64,000 bases of DNA from contig CM069140.1 in NCBI GenBank assembly GCA_035221665.1, forward strand, positions 3,038,001-3,102,000, given 5' to 3'. Shown in pieces: positions 25,962 to 36,455 of the stretch. The notes under the pieces were generated by a model that searched no databases, had not been told where the DNA came from, and saw only the letters and a list, made by a program, of their open reading frames with translations. The position numbers and the translations under genes were made by a program. The DNA comes from Okamejei kenojei. Taxonomy: Eukaryota. Position 1 is the stretch's first letter. Every line of letters starts with the position of its first letter.

Positions 25962-26425
25962 GGTACAGAGAGGATTTACAAGGATGTTGCCTGGGCTAGA
26001 GAGCTACAGGGAGAGGTTGAGTGGGCTGGGACTCTATTCCTTGGAGCGTAGGAGGATGAGGGAATATCTTATTGAGGTGTATAAAATCATGAGTGAAATT
26101 GATTGGATAGATGCACAGAGTCTCTTGCCCAGAGTAGGTGAATTGAGTATCAGAGAACATAGGTTTAAGGTGAAGGGGGAAAGATTTAATAGGAATCGGA
26201 GGGGTTATTTTTCATGGAGAGGGTGGTGGATGTATGAAACAAGCTGCCAGAGGAGGTAGTTGAGGCAGGGATTATCCTAACATTAAAAAAAACAGACAGG
26301 GACAGGTTTGGAGGGATGTGGACCAGACACGGCAGGTGAGACTAATGTAGCTGGGACATGTTGGCCGGGGTGGGCAAGTTGGGCTGAAGGGCTGATTTCC
26401 ACACTGTATCACTCTATGACTCTAT
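25962..26425 (+). mobile_element. CR1 LINE 3' end filling the CH3-CH4 intron
   Basis: MLPGLESYRERLSGLGLYSLERRR; (actctatg)n tail. Confidence 0.88.
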
Positions 26426-26459
26426 GAGAGAGTTTAACATCTATTTTCCTCTGTTCCAG

Positions 26460-26777
26460 TTGAGCCAAAAAAACCTGAAGTCAGACTGCTGCTTCCAGCA
26501 CACGAAGAGACCAAGCATAGCCACAAGGTCACCCTCGAGTGTGTGGTTTCTGGATTCTACCCAGACCTCATCAACGTCACTTGGAGTAAAGACGGTGCCC
26601 TGATCTCCAACAACACCAGCGCTGCACCAACTGCTCTGGAGCAAGGGGGCACTTTTAGTGCCAGCCACTTCCTGACCATGAGTACAGAGGATTGGAAGTC
26701 AGACTCACGCTTCAATTGTACAGTGTATCATCGTGCCTCCAACACCATCATCACGAAGGATGCGAAGAACATCCAAG
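26460..26777 (+). CDS. IgW: IgW CH4 exon
   Basis: VEPKKPEVRLLLP..VTLECVVSGFYPDLINVTW..DWKSDSRFNCTVYH; gttccag acceptor, G|GTAGGC donor. Confidence 0.93.
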
Positions 26778-27769
26778 GTAGGCTCCTGGGATTCATTCCA
26801 TTCTCCACATTGTAAACTATGCAACACATGGGCAGCACTGTAACACGGTGCAGTCCTGTTGTGGGCTTGTTAGTGAATCTGGTCACAGAATTAATTGTAT
26901 CTTTGACATTGCTTTAGTAACATGAGGGCAATCCAAGCCAGTCGACAGGCCAGACGGTGGAGATCCACGATACTCTTCTTTAAAACGGTCTTTCCCTCTG
27001 CCTTTGTACTTAATGTGAGTGGGTGCCTCAGCTGTGACAGAGTGTCCAGCAGAGCAGCTCTCTCCCTGCCCTAGAGTGGCAACAGTCAGTCTGGGCAATG
27101 TGTAGCAGCCTCTGGAACAGGCCAGCTGCAACACACAACATTCTGACAAAGCAGCAGGAGAGTTTAATTACACCTCATGGATACAAATTGCTTTTAAACA
27201 GTTGTGACTAAATGAAGGGACACAAAGTGCTGGAGTAACTCAGCTGGTCACGCAGCATCCCTGGAGGACATGGGGAAGTGAGGTTTCGGGTCGAGACCTT
27301 TCTTCATCCTACTCCTGACCACTCATGAGTATAAATAAAATAATGCCGCTGCTTCTATTTTATAATATAAAGTGAAGAACTTTCCACTGACTGGTTAGCA
27401 CGCGACAAAAGCTTATCACTGCACCTCGGTACATGTGACAATAAACAAAACTGAATTGAACATTTTTACCTCAAACATTAGCTTGATTTGCCTCTCAGAG
27501 GGAATTTTATACATTTGATTCAGTAAATAGCTGGTAACAGGTTTAGTGATCACAAAACTGTCAAATAATGTAAAAAACTTGTTAATTCACATTGTTTAGC
27601 AAGGTTTCCTTGTGGGATCAATAGGAAGCTTCATTCCTACACCAATGTAGATATATCTCCCTGATGTTGATGGGACCAACATATCATTAGGTGGAGATGA
27701 GCACAAAATACTTCAGTGGCAAGCTGCTCCATCAGGGAACGATGACATAATAATTGTGATTTCTCCCAG

Positions 27770-28090
27770 ATGAATGCCCAGTTACCCGCCCCTTGGTCAC
27801 TTTAAGCAAACCTTCCTTCGACGAGATCTGGATCAACAAGACAGCCACCATTCTGTGTAAGGTGGTTCACGGTGATTTAGAGGGATTCAGGGTAACCTGG
27901 CAAGTGAATGGAATGAAGAGAGAAGACGGGGTGACAACTCGTGGTGCAGAGAGGATCGGAGGTGCAGACACCATCACCAGCGGACTGACGGTCCCCGCTG
28001 CAGAGTGGGAGAGTGGGGCTCTGTACACCTGTGTGGTGGAGGACAAGAGTTTGCCAACACCGGAGAGCAGATCCTTGGAGAAGCCGACAG
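27770..28090 (+). CDS. IgW: IgW CH5 exon
   Basis: DECPVTRPLVTLSKPSFDEIWINKTATILC..WQVNG..EWESGALYTCVVED; donor G|GTACGT. Confidence 0.93.
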
Positions 28091-28477
28091 GTACGTGTTG
28101 ACAGAGGTTGGTGCGAGTCTGATCTGAGCAAATGGACAGACATATCACATTACATCCAGCATAGAAAATAATTGCAGGAGCAGGCCATTCAGCCCTTCAA
28201 TCCTGCACAGACATTCAATATGTGCACGGCTGATCATCCATATTCAGTACTCGCTTCTTGCATTCTCTCCATATCCCTTGATCCCTTTACCCTAAGAACT
28301 GGATCCAACTCATTCTAACATATATCTAATAATTGGGCTTCAGTGGCAGAGAATGCCCAGGTTCACCACTGTCTGGGTGAAAACATTTCTCCCCCTCACA
28401 CACCTTCACCTCAGACTGTCAACTCCTGGCCTGGATTCCCCAATATCTGAAACATTCTTCCTCTGCCTCACCTGTTC

Positions 28478-29690
28478 ATAGAAACATAGAAAATAGATGC
28501 AGGAGGAGGCCATTCGGCCCTTCGAGCCAGCACCACCATTCATTGTAATCATGGCTGATCGTCCCCAATGAATAACCCATGCGTGCCTTCTCCCCATATC
28601 CCTTGATTCCACTAGCTCCGAGAGCTCTATCTAACTCTCTCTTAAATCCATCCAGTGACTTGGCATCCACTGCCCTCTGTGGCAGGGAATTCCACAAATT
28701 CACAACTCTCTGGGTGAATGAGTTTTTTCTCACCTCAGTCTTAAATGGCCTCCCCTTTATTCAAAGACTGACCCCTGGTTCTGGACTCGCCCAACATTGA
28801 GAACATTTTTCCTGCATCTAGCTTGTCCAGTCCTTTTATAATTTTATATGTTTCTATAAGATCCCCCTCATCCTTCTAAACTCCAGTGTGTACAAGCCTA
28901 GTCTTTTCAATCTTTCCTCAAATGGCAGTCCCGCCATCCCAGGGATCAATCTCGTGAACCTACGCTGCACTGCCTCAATCACAAGGATGTCCTTCCACAA
29001 ATTAGGAGACTTAAACTGTATGCAATACTCCAGATGTGGTCTTACCAGAGCCCTATACAACTGCAGAAGAACCTCTCTACTCCTATACTGAAATCCTCTT
29101 GTTATGAAGGCCAAAATTCCGTTAGCTTTCTTCACTGCCCGCTGTATCTGCACGCTAGCTTTCAGTGACCGGTGTACAAGGACACCCAGGTCTCGCTGTA
29201 CCTCCCCCTTACCTAACCTAACCCCATGGAGATAACAATCTGCCCCCTTGTTTTTGCCACCAAAGTGGATAACCTCACATTTATCTATATTATCCTGCAT
29301 CTGCCGCGCATCTGCCCACTCACTCAACCTGTACAGGACACCTTACAACCTCCTAACATCCTCTTTACTGTTCACACTGCCATCCAGCTTTATCATCCGC
29401 AAACTTGCTAGTATTGCTCCTAATTCCCTCTTCCAAATCATTAATCTATATGGTAACAGTTGCGGCTCAACACCGAGCCTTGTGGCACTCCACTCGCCAC
29501 TGCCTGCCATTCTGAAAAGGAGCTGTTCACTCCTACTCTTTGCTTCCTGTCTGCCAACCAATTTTCTATCCACGTCAACACCCTACCCAATACCATGTGC
29601 TCTAATTTTAGTCACCAGTCTCCCGTGCGGGACCTTGTCAAATGCTTTCTGAAAGTTTGGACACACTACATCCACTGCCTCCCCTTCATC
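28478..29690 (-). mobile_element. CR1 LINE 3' portion in the CH5-CH6 intron
   Basis: LYRALVRPHLEYC, RVVNLWNSLP, catagaaacatagaaa tail. Confidence 0.92.
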
Positions 29691-29999
29691 AATCCGGTTA
29701 AGAATTTAATAGTTTCTCTCAGATGCCTTTGGATTTTCTAAACTCCAGGGGATATCTAATGGATATTGCATGGACTTACAGATGGTCAGAGAGTGTGAGG
29801 GAGCAAAAGAAGATTAAACTCAGCTGATTAACCACATCATTAAAATCCCAGGTCACCACGACAGCCTCGCCCAATACCACACTTGTTCCCACAACGTGAG
29901 CTTCTTATCCTTCCTATCCGATTCCCTCTCATCCTTCTATATTCCAGAGTACACAAGCCCAGCCACTCCATTCTCTCAGCATATGACAGTCCCGCCATA

Positions 30000-30162
30000 C
30001 AGAGAACATGTACGTTTTTGGAGTATGGGAGAAAATCTGAGCACCCGGAGAAAACCCATGCAGTCACGTATAAACTCCATACAGGCACCACCCATAGTCG
30101 GGATCAAACCCATGTCTCTGGCATTGTAGGCAGCAATTCTACCGCTGCGCCACCATACCGCC
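30000..30162 (-). mobile_element. tRNA-derived V-SINE (HE1-like)
   Basis: Reverse of ggcggtatggtggcgcagcggtagaattgctgcct..tttatacg..ctccgggtgctcagattt. Confidence 0.7.
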
Positions 30163-30358
30163 CTGTATAATGCACCACAGGCATAATTTCTATTCCATAC
30201 ATCCCTACAATGAGCAGAAAGGAAAAGCCTTTAGTTTTAGGTGAACTGAGGTCCCTCAGGATGTAAACGGTGTCCAAGTCAATATAAGATTGGGATGTAT
30301 TGGGTAAGTACAGAATTACCGACAGATTCAGTCTAACTCGGGTTCTCTCTGTTCCCAG

Positions 30359-30744
30359 ATGGAGTTGAGAGTCGTCCTCAAGTCTACCTCCTCCCCCCTT
30401 CATTGGATGAGGTGGAGACGGATGAGACGGCCACCTTGACGTGCCTGGTCACCAGATTCTCTCCTGCAGACATCTATGTGGCCTGGATGGCCAACGACAC
30501 CCTTCTGAAGACAGGGATCGTGAACCAGCCCGTGACCAAGGACACCAGGAATGGGTGGAACACCATGACCAGTCAGTTGAAGGTTTCTCCAGAGGAGTGG
30601 AACAGTGGCACCACCTTCTCCTGTGTTGTGGGACACGGCTCCATCACAACCAGCCTATTCAGAAGCATCAATAAATCTCACAACAAACCCACCCTGGTCA
30701 ATGTCTCACTTGTTCTGACTGATAGCTTTAAATCTTGTGTGTAA
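30359..30744 (+). CDS. IgW: IgW CH6 exon with contiguous long-form secretory tailpiece (KPTLVNVSLVLTDSFKSCV*)
   Basis: PQVYLLPPS..ATLTCLVTRFSPADIYVAW..EEWNSGTTFSCVVGH; IgM/IgA-type tailpiece with NVS sequon and penultimate Cys. Confidence 0.95.
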
Positions 30745-31043
30745 CATGATTCATTTCTCAAACACTTGTTTTGTTCATTTCTGGATTTATTAACTGACCC
30801 AGAGGATGATGGGTTAGTTCCCTAACACATCATCAAATTGTGAACCTTTGTAAATCATTAAAAACATAATACCACACGAGATACAAATTAAGCTACAGCC
30901 ATGATTCACCACAAATGTCTGAGCTTCTGGATACATTTACAGAACTTTTTTTGCCATGATTTTAATCAGAACAAATTTTAATCCTGTATGGGATCACACG
31001 AGGTATTAAATCTATGTATGTGTCAATGTACCAATACAAGTTC

Positions 31044-31049
31044 AATAAA
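31044..31049 (+). terminator. Poly(A) signal of the long secretory mRNA
   Basis: AATAAA about 300 nt after the stop, followed by a GT-rich tract. Confidence 0.7.
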
Positions 31050-31739
31050 TGTGATGTGAAAAAGGTTTTGTGTGCGTGTCTGTGACTGGTGTGTTTTGGG
31101 TGGCAGTACATGGGTAGCTTGGGATGTGAGGTGTGCACATTCTAGGTGAAGCACATTCTGGGAGAAAGAGGTGTTGTTGGATCAATGTGTCCAAAACCTC
31201 CCACAATTGGTTGTTCTCACACCCACGCCTGGACCAGTTGAAGATAGAGATTGATTGTGGTTGTTGGCCATTAACTCCATTATCACTGTGCCATGCGACT
31301 GTCAGGGTGACACAAGGTGAACTGATTGGACCATGGTCTTTCCTAGCCCAGCTGTGACAATGTACCTGATGCAAGCTCCCACACGGCAAACCAAATCTGG
31401 CCAGATCTCCTGCGTCAGGTAGTCCTTACTTTCTCCCTCTTTCCCCTCCCCTTCCCAGCTCTCCAACAGCCCACCTGTGTTTAGCTGTTTGGGTTTGGGG
31501 TAAATATTAGCTCAGAACACTCGTGGTCATGTCGTGGCATTGCTGACATCTACCTGAGAAGCACCTCCTTAAAGCCTCATGACAGCAGCTTTCATGAGGT
31601 GACATTGCTCACCACTGAGCCACACGTGACATCTGTGTCTAACAAGGGGGATGGTTGTTTGAGGAGTCTCTGTCCTCAGTGGGTGTGCACGGATGATGTT
31701 GAATAAAAGAGACAACTCATCATTGGTAACTCTTCTATT

Positions 31740-32420
31740 CCAATGTTACATTTAAACATCTGCCTGTCGGTGCTTAAAGTAAATCTGTTCTTGAATCTGC
31801 TGCTACGTGCTTTCAAGCTTCTTGTATCTTCTGGAGAGGGGAGTAGAGACAATGACTGGGATATGAGGGTTCCTCGATGATGTTGGCTGCTTTCCAGAGG
31901 CAGCGTGAAGTGTAGATGGTGGAAGGAGTAATGGTTGAGAGTGGGGGATGCAATGTCCATTGTGTGGGCCGAGGGTTGTTTGGTTTATTGTCACGTAGAC
32001 CGAGGTACAGTGAAAATGCTTTTTGTTGTGTGCTAACCAGTCACCAGAAAGACTATATAATTACAATAAAGCCATCCACAACATACAGATACATGATAAA
32101 GGGAATAATGTTTTGTGCAAGGTAATTGCTTGATAACAGCTGGGAAGAAACTGTCCCTGAATCTGGAGGAGTACATTTTCACACTTCTATACCTTTTGCC
32201 TGATGGGAGAGGGGAGAAGAGAGAGTGGACAGGATGCGACTGGTCCTTGATTATGCTGCTGGCCTTGCCGAGGCAGCATGAGATGCAAATGGAGTCAGTG
32301 GAAGGGAGGTTAGTTTGTGCGATGATCTGGGCTGCAACCACAATTTGCTGCCATTTCTTTGATGGAACTGTTCACAAACCATACTGTGATGCATCCGGAT
32401 AAAGTGCTTTCCATGGTGCA
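31740..32420 (-). mobile_element. Rex1/Babar-like LINE 3' fragments
   Basis: IIKDQSHPVHSLFSPLPSGKRYRS; ttattgtcacgt tail. Confidence 0.75.
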
Positions 32421-32740
32421 CTAAAATTAAATACCAATAAAGAATTAAACAGCATGTAGTTTTATTTGTGTTAGTGTTATTGTATTTGTATAAGTGTTGT
32501 GGAGAATGTATTGTGTTCGATTATAAGAAATTAGAGAGTGCGCATAATTTCAAGGGTCAAACTCTGTATAAATACTGTGGAATTTCAGAGCAGCAGGTAA
32601 CTGGGACTGTGCTGCCCTCATTGTGCACACGTCAATAAAGTGAGTCTGGAAAATGAATGCAAGTCGTCAGAGTCCAGTTGATCGGTGACGAGAACACCAG
32701 ACTTTGTCTGGTTTGTAAGCTTCCTATTTCTCATCTGCAG

Positions 32741-33043
32741 AATTGTCTGTCTTTATCCAAACCCCCTCCATTGAAGAGATTTGGATCAACAAGACCGCTA
32801 CTGTGGTGTGCGTGGTAATGGGTGCTGATCTGGGCCATGTCCAAATCTACTGGCAAGTGAGCGGAAGGGAGAGAACTACAGGAGATGTGACCCACCAACC
32901 GAGAGGAGAAAGGACCCAAGACAAAGTGAGCAGTAAACTCCGGTGCAGTGTGGAGGAATGGACCAGTGGGGTGGAGGTTGTGTGCTCTGCCCAACGATCT
33001 CCATCATCCTCACCAGCGTCAGCACGGATAGAAAGTGCCAAAG
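32741..33043 (+). CDS. IgW: Extra IgW constant exon CH7 (CH3 paralogue)
   Basis: Open frame ELSVFIQTPSIEEIWINKTATVVC..YWQVSG..EEWTSGVEVVCSAQ; ctgcag acceptor, G|GTGGGC donor, phase 1. Confidence 0.9.
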
Positions 33044-33089
33044 GTGGGCAAGAGATCGGCAATGATATGGCCAACATTAGTTACCATGA

Positions 33090-33418
33090 AGGGCCTGCCC
33101 CACTTACGCGACTTTTTCGGCGACTGCCGGGACCCGTCATAGGTCGGTGAAATTTTTCAACATGTTGAAAATCCAGCGGTGACCAGAAAGACGTTACGAC
33201 TCTTTGGGCAACTGAGCAGACTACTCACGACCATACAGGTGACACCCTGGCAACATGTCGTGGGGTGAAGCCTGTATGGTCATGAGTAGTCGCCCAGAGT
33301 GATACCTTGTTCTTGTCGCCGCTGGATTTTCAACATGTTGAACATTTTTGTCGACCTGTAACCACCAATGACGGGTGCCGGCAGTCGCCAAAAAAATCAC
33401 GCAAGTGGGACAGGCCCT
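33090..33418. mobile_element. Foldback Harbinger-type MITE, 329 bp, TGA target-site duplication
   Basis: TGA|AGGGCCTG..CACTTACGCGACTTTTTCGGCGACTGCCGG ... CCGGCAGTCGCC..CGCAAGTGGGACAGGCCCT|TGA. Confidence 0.88.
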
Positions 33419-33460
33419 TGAGGAAGAGGGTCTCACATCTCCTTTGCTCCTCTGTTCCAG

Positions 33461-33778
33461 TTGAAACAAAAAGTCCCAAGGTCAGACTGCTGCCTCCAGC
33501 TCTTGAAGAGACCAAGCATAGCCACACAGCAACCCTCGAGTGTGTGCTCTCTGGTTTCTACCCGGACCTCATAAACGTCACTTGGGAGAAAGACGGAGCC
33601 CCGATCTCCTCCACCACCAGCGCTACACCGATTGCTCTGGAGCAGGGTAGGACATTCAGTGCTAGCCACTTCCTGACTGTGAGTTCAGAGGATTGGAAGA
33701 AAGGCTCAGTCTTCGGCTGTACAGTGTCTCATCCCCCCTCGAACACCAGTATCAGCCGGGAAGTGAAAATCTTTCAAG
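33461..33778 (+). CDS. IgW: Extra IgW constant exon CH8 (CH4 paralogue)
   Basis: 318 nt like CH4; VETKSPKVRLLPP..LECVLSGFYPDLINVTW..DWKKGSVFGCTVSH; intact splice sites. Confidence 0.9.
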
Positions 33779-33904
33779 GTACGGTGCTGGGATTCACTCT
33801 AATGATCACATCTTTAACCTGTAACAAAATAGAGCCAGGCAAGTTTAGCACTGAAGGACAGGCTTTGCAGTGTGTCAGTGAGTGAGTGATAACCAAGAGG
33901 CCTA

Positions 33905-34655
33905 GACTAGAGTCAAGAGTGCTTTAATGCTATATGTCCTGAATGGGACAAGGAAATTCTTACTTGCTGCAGCACAACAGAATATGTGAATATGTAAACA
34001 TAATGCATAATGGGGGAAGAGAAAAAATGTTAAAATAAATAACAAATATAGTGAAAATAACAAATAATGATAGAGTATTTAGTCTGATGGCCTGATGGTA
34101 AAAACAGTTCTTAAGTCTGGTGGTACTTGCAGCCATGCCCCTGTATCGTCTGCCTGATGGTAACAAGGAGAACCGTCTGTGTGCTGGGTGGCTGTGGTCC
34201 TTGATGATGCTGTGTGCCTTCCGCAGGCACCGCCAGTAGAAAATGTCCTGAATGGCCAGGAGACAGTTGCCAGTGATGTGCTGTGCCGCCTTCACCACTC
34301 TCTAGTGATTTGTGGCTGTGGGCAGAACAGTTCCCGTACCAGACGGGGATGCAGCCCGTCAGCAGGCTCTCAATGGTGCATCTGTAGACGTTTGTGAGGA
34401 TGCTGGCGTTCATGCCAAACTTGCTCAGTCTTCTCAGGAAAAAGATTCGCTGACGAGCTTTCTTTGTTATTGTGTCCGTGTGCAGTGTCCAGGTGAGGTC
34501 CTCAGTGATGTGCACACTGAGGAACTTGAAGATGCAGACCCTTTCAACCTCAGCATCACCAATGTGGATGGGAGGTTTCCACTCCCCTGCTGTCTCCTGT
34601 AGTCCACGATCATCTCTTTAGTTTTGCTGACGATGAGAGAGAGGTTGTTCCTTGT
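33905..34655 (-). mobile_element. Rex1/Babar-like LINE 3' fragment
   Basis: CTRNNLSL.VSKTKEMIVDYR; YRCTIESLLTGCIPVWYGN; HPAHRRFSLLPSGRRYR. Confidence 0.85.
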
Positions 34656-34771
34656 GCACACGTTAGTAAAGTGAGTCTGGAAAATGAATGCAAGTCGTCA
34701 GAGTCCAGTTAGTCGGTGACGACAACACCAGACTTTGTCTGGTTTGTAAGCTTCCTATTTCTCATCTGCAG

Positions 34772-35074
34772 AATTGTCTGTCTTTATCCAAACCCCCTCC
34801 ATTGAAGAGATTTGGATCAACAAGACCGCTACTGTGGTGTGCGTGGTAATGGGTGCTGATCTGAGCCATGTCCAAATCTACTGGCAAGTGAGCGGAAGGG
34901 AGAGAACTACAGGAGATGTGACCCACCAACCGAGAGGAGAAAGGACCCAAGACAAAGTGAGCAGTAAACTCCAGTGCAGTGTGGAGGAATGGACCAGTGG
35001 GGTGGAGGTTGTGTGCTCTGCCCAACGATCTCCATCATCCTCACCAGCGTCAGCACGGATAGAAAGTGCCAAAG
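34772..35074 (+). CDS. IgW: Extra IgW constant exon CH9 (duplicate of CH7)
   Basis: 2 nt differences from CH7, open frame, intact splice sites. Confidence 0.88.
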
Positions 35075-35120
35075 GTGGGCAAGAAATCGGCAATGATATG
35101 GCCAACATTAGTTACCATGA

Positions 35121-35449
35121 AGGGCCTGTCCCATTTTCGCGACTTTTTCGGCGACTGCCGGGACCCGTCATAGGTCGGTGAAATTTTTCAACATGTTGAA
35201 AATCTAGCGGTGACCAGAAAGACGTTACGACTCTTTGGGCGACTGAGCAGACTACTCACGACCATACAGGTGACACCCTGGCGACATGTCGCGGGGTGAA
35301 GCCTGTATGGTCATGAGTAGTCGCCCAGAGTAATACCTTGTTCTTGTCGCCGCTGGATTTTCAACATGTTGAACATTTTTGTCGACCTGTAACCACCTAT
35401 GATGGGTGCCGGTAGTCGCCGAAAAAGTCACGTAAGTGGGACAGGCCCT
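35121..35449. mobile_element. Duplicate of the foldback MITE, TGA target-site duplication
   Basis: About 14 substitutions relative to 33090-33418. Confidence 0.88.
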
Positions 35450-35491
35450 TGAGGAAGAGGGTCTCACATCTCCTTTGCTCCTCTGTTCCAG

Positions 35492-35809
35492 TTGAAACAA
35501 AAAGTCCCAAGGTCAGACTGCTGCCTCCAGCTCTTGAAGAGACCAAGCGTAGCCACACAGCCACCCTCGAGTGTGTGCTCTCTGGTTTCTACCCGGACCT
35601 CATAAACGTCACTTGGGAGAAAGACGGAGCCCCGATCTCCTCCACCACCAGCACTACACCGACTGCTCTGGAGCAGGGTAGGACATTCAGTGCTAGCCAC
35701 TTCCTGACTGTGAGTTCAGATGATTGGAAGAAAGGCTCAGTCTTCGGCTGTACAGTGTCTCATCCCCCCTCGAACACCAGTATCAGCCGGGAAGTGAAAA
35801 GCTTTCAAG
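35492..35809 (+). CDS. IgW: Extra IgW constant exon CH10 (duplicate of CH8)
   Basis: 6 nt differences from CH8, open frame, intact splice sites. Confidence 0.88.
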
Positions 35810-35954
35810 GTACGGTGCTGGGATTCACTCTAATGATCACATCTTTTGCCCCGTCACAAAATAGAGCCAGGCAAGTTTAGCACTGAAGGACAGGTGTTGC
35901 AGTGTGTCAGTGAGTGAGTGGTAACCAAGAGGCCTAACCAAGAGGCCTAAACTA

Positions 35955-36455
35955 GAGTCAAGAAGAGTCAAGAGTGTTTTATTGTTATATGTCCTGAACG
36001 GGACAAGGAAATTCTTACTTGCTGCAGCACAACAGAATATGTGAATATGTAAACATAGTGCATAACGGGGGAAGAGAAAGAAAGAAAAAGTTCAATAAAT
36101 AACAAATAGTGCAAATAACAAACAATAATATAGTATTTTGCAGTTCAGAGCTCAGAGCTTATTCATTGTGTTTAATAGCCTGATGGCTGCACGGAAGAAG
36201 CTGTTCCTGTTCCTGAATGTTACAGTTTGCAGGCTCCTGTAACGTCTTCCTGATGGCAATTGTGAGATGAGTGTGTGGCCAGGATGGTGTGAGTCCTTGA
36301 TGATTTTGGCTGCCTTTTTGAGGCAGCGACTATGATAGATCCCTTTGACGGTGGGGAGGTCAAAGCCGGCGATGAACTGAGCAGTGGTTACAACTTTTTG
36401 TAGTCTTTTTTGCTCCTGGACGTTCAAGTTGCCGAATCAGGCCACGATGCAACCA
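35955..36455 (-). mobile_element. Rex1/Babar-like LINE 3' fragment
   Basis: KKAAKIIKDSHHPGHTLISQLPSGRRYRS. Confidence 0.85.

Larger units (their letters stand above)
32621..36140 (+). repeat. Tandem duplication with 2031-bp period carrying CH7-CH8 and CH9-CH10
   Basis: 32621-~34080 aligns with 34652-~36140. Confidence 0.93.

Noticed and set aside
30670-30675. AATAAA inside CH6 (Asn-Lys codons)
   Set aside because: Lies upstream of the tailpiece and stop, so its use would give a non-stop mRNA; a better signal exists at 31044
12697-30744. Alternative identity as IgM or IgNAR
   Set aside because: Conventional VH with full FR2/CDR2, CH1 with a light-chain Cys, six CH domains before the tailpiece and the Cys-rich short tail indicate IgW
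33779-33885. Read-through of the CH8 donor (GTVLGFTL..LQCVSE*) as a secretory tail; similar read-throughs after CH4 and CH10
   Set aside because: Not conserved between the CH8 and CH10 copies, no tailpiece motif, and good GT donors are present; not excluded without RNA data
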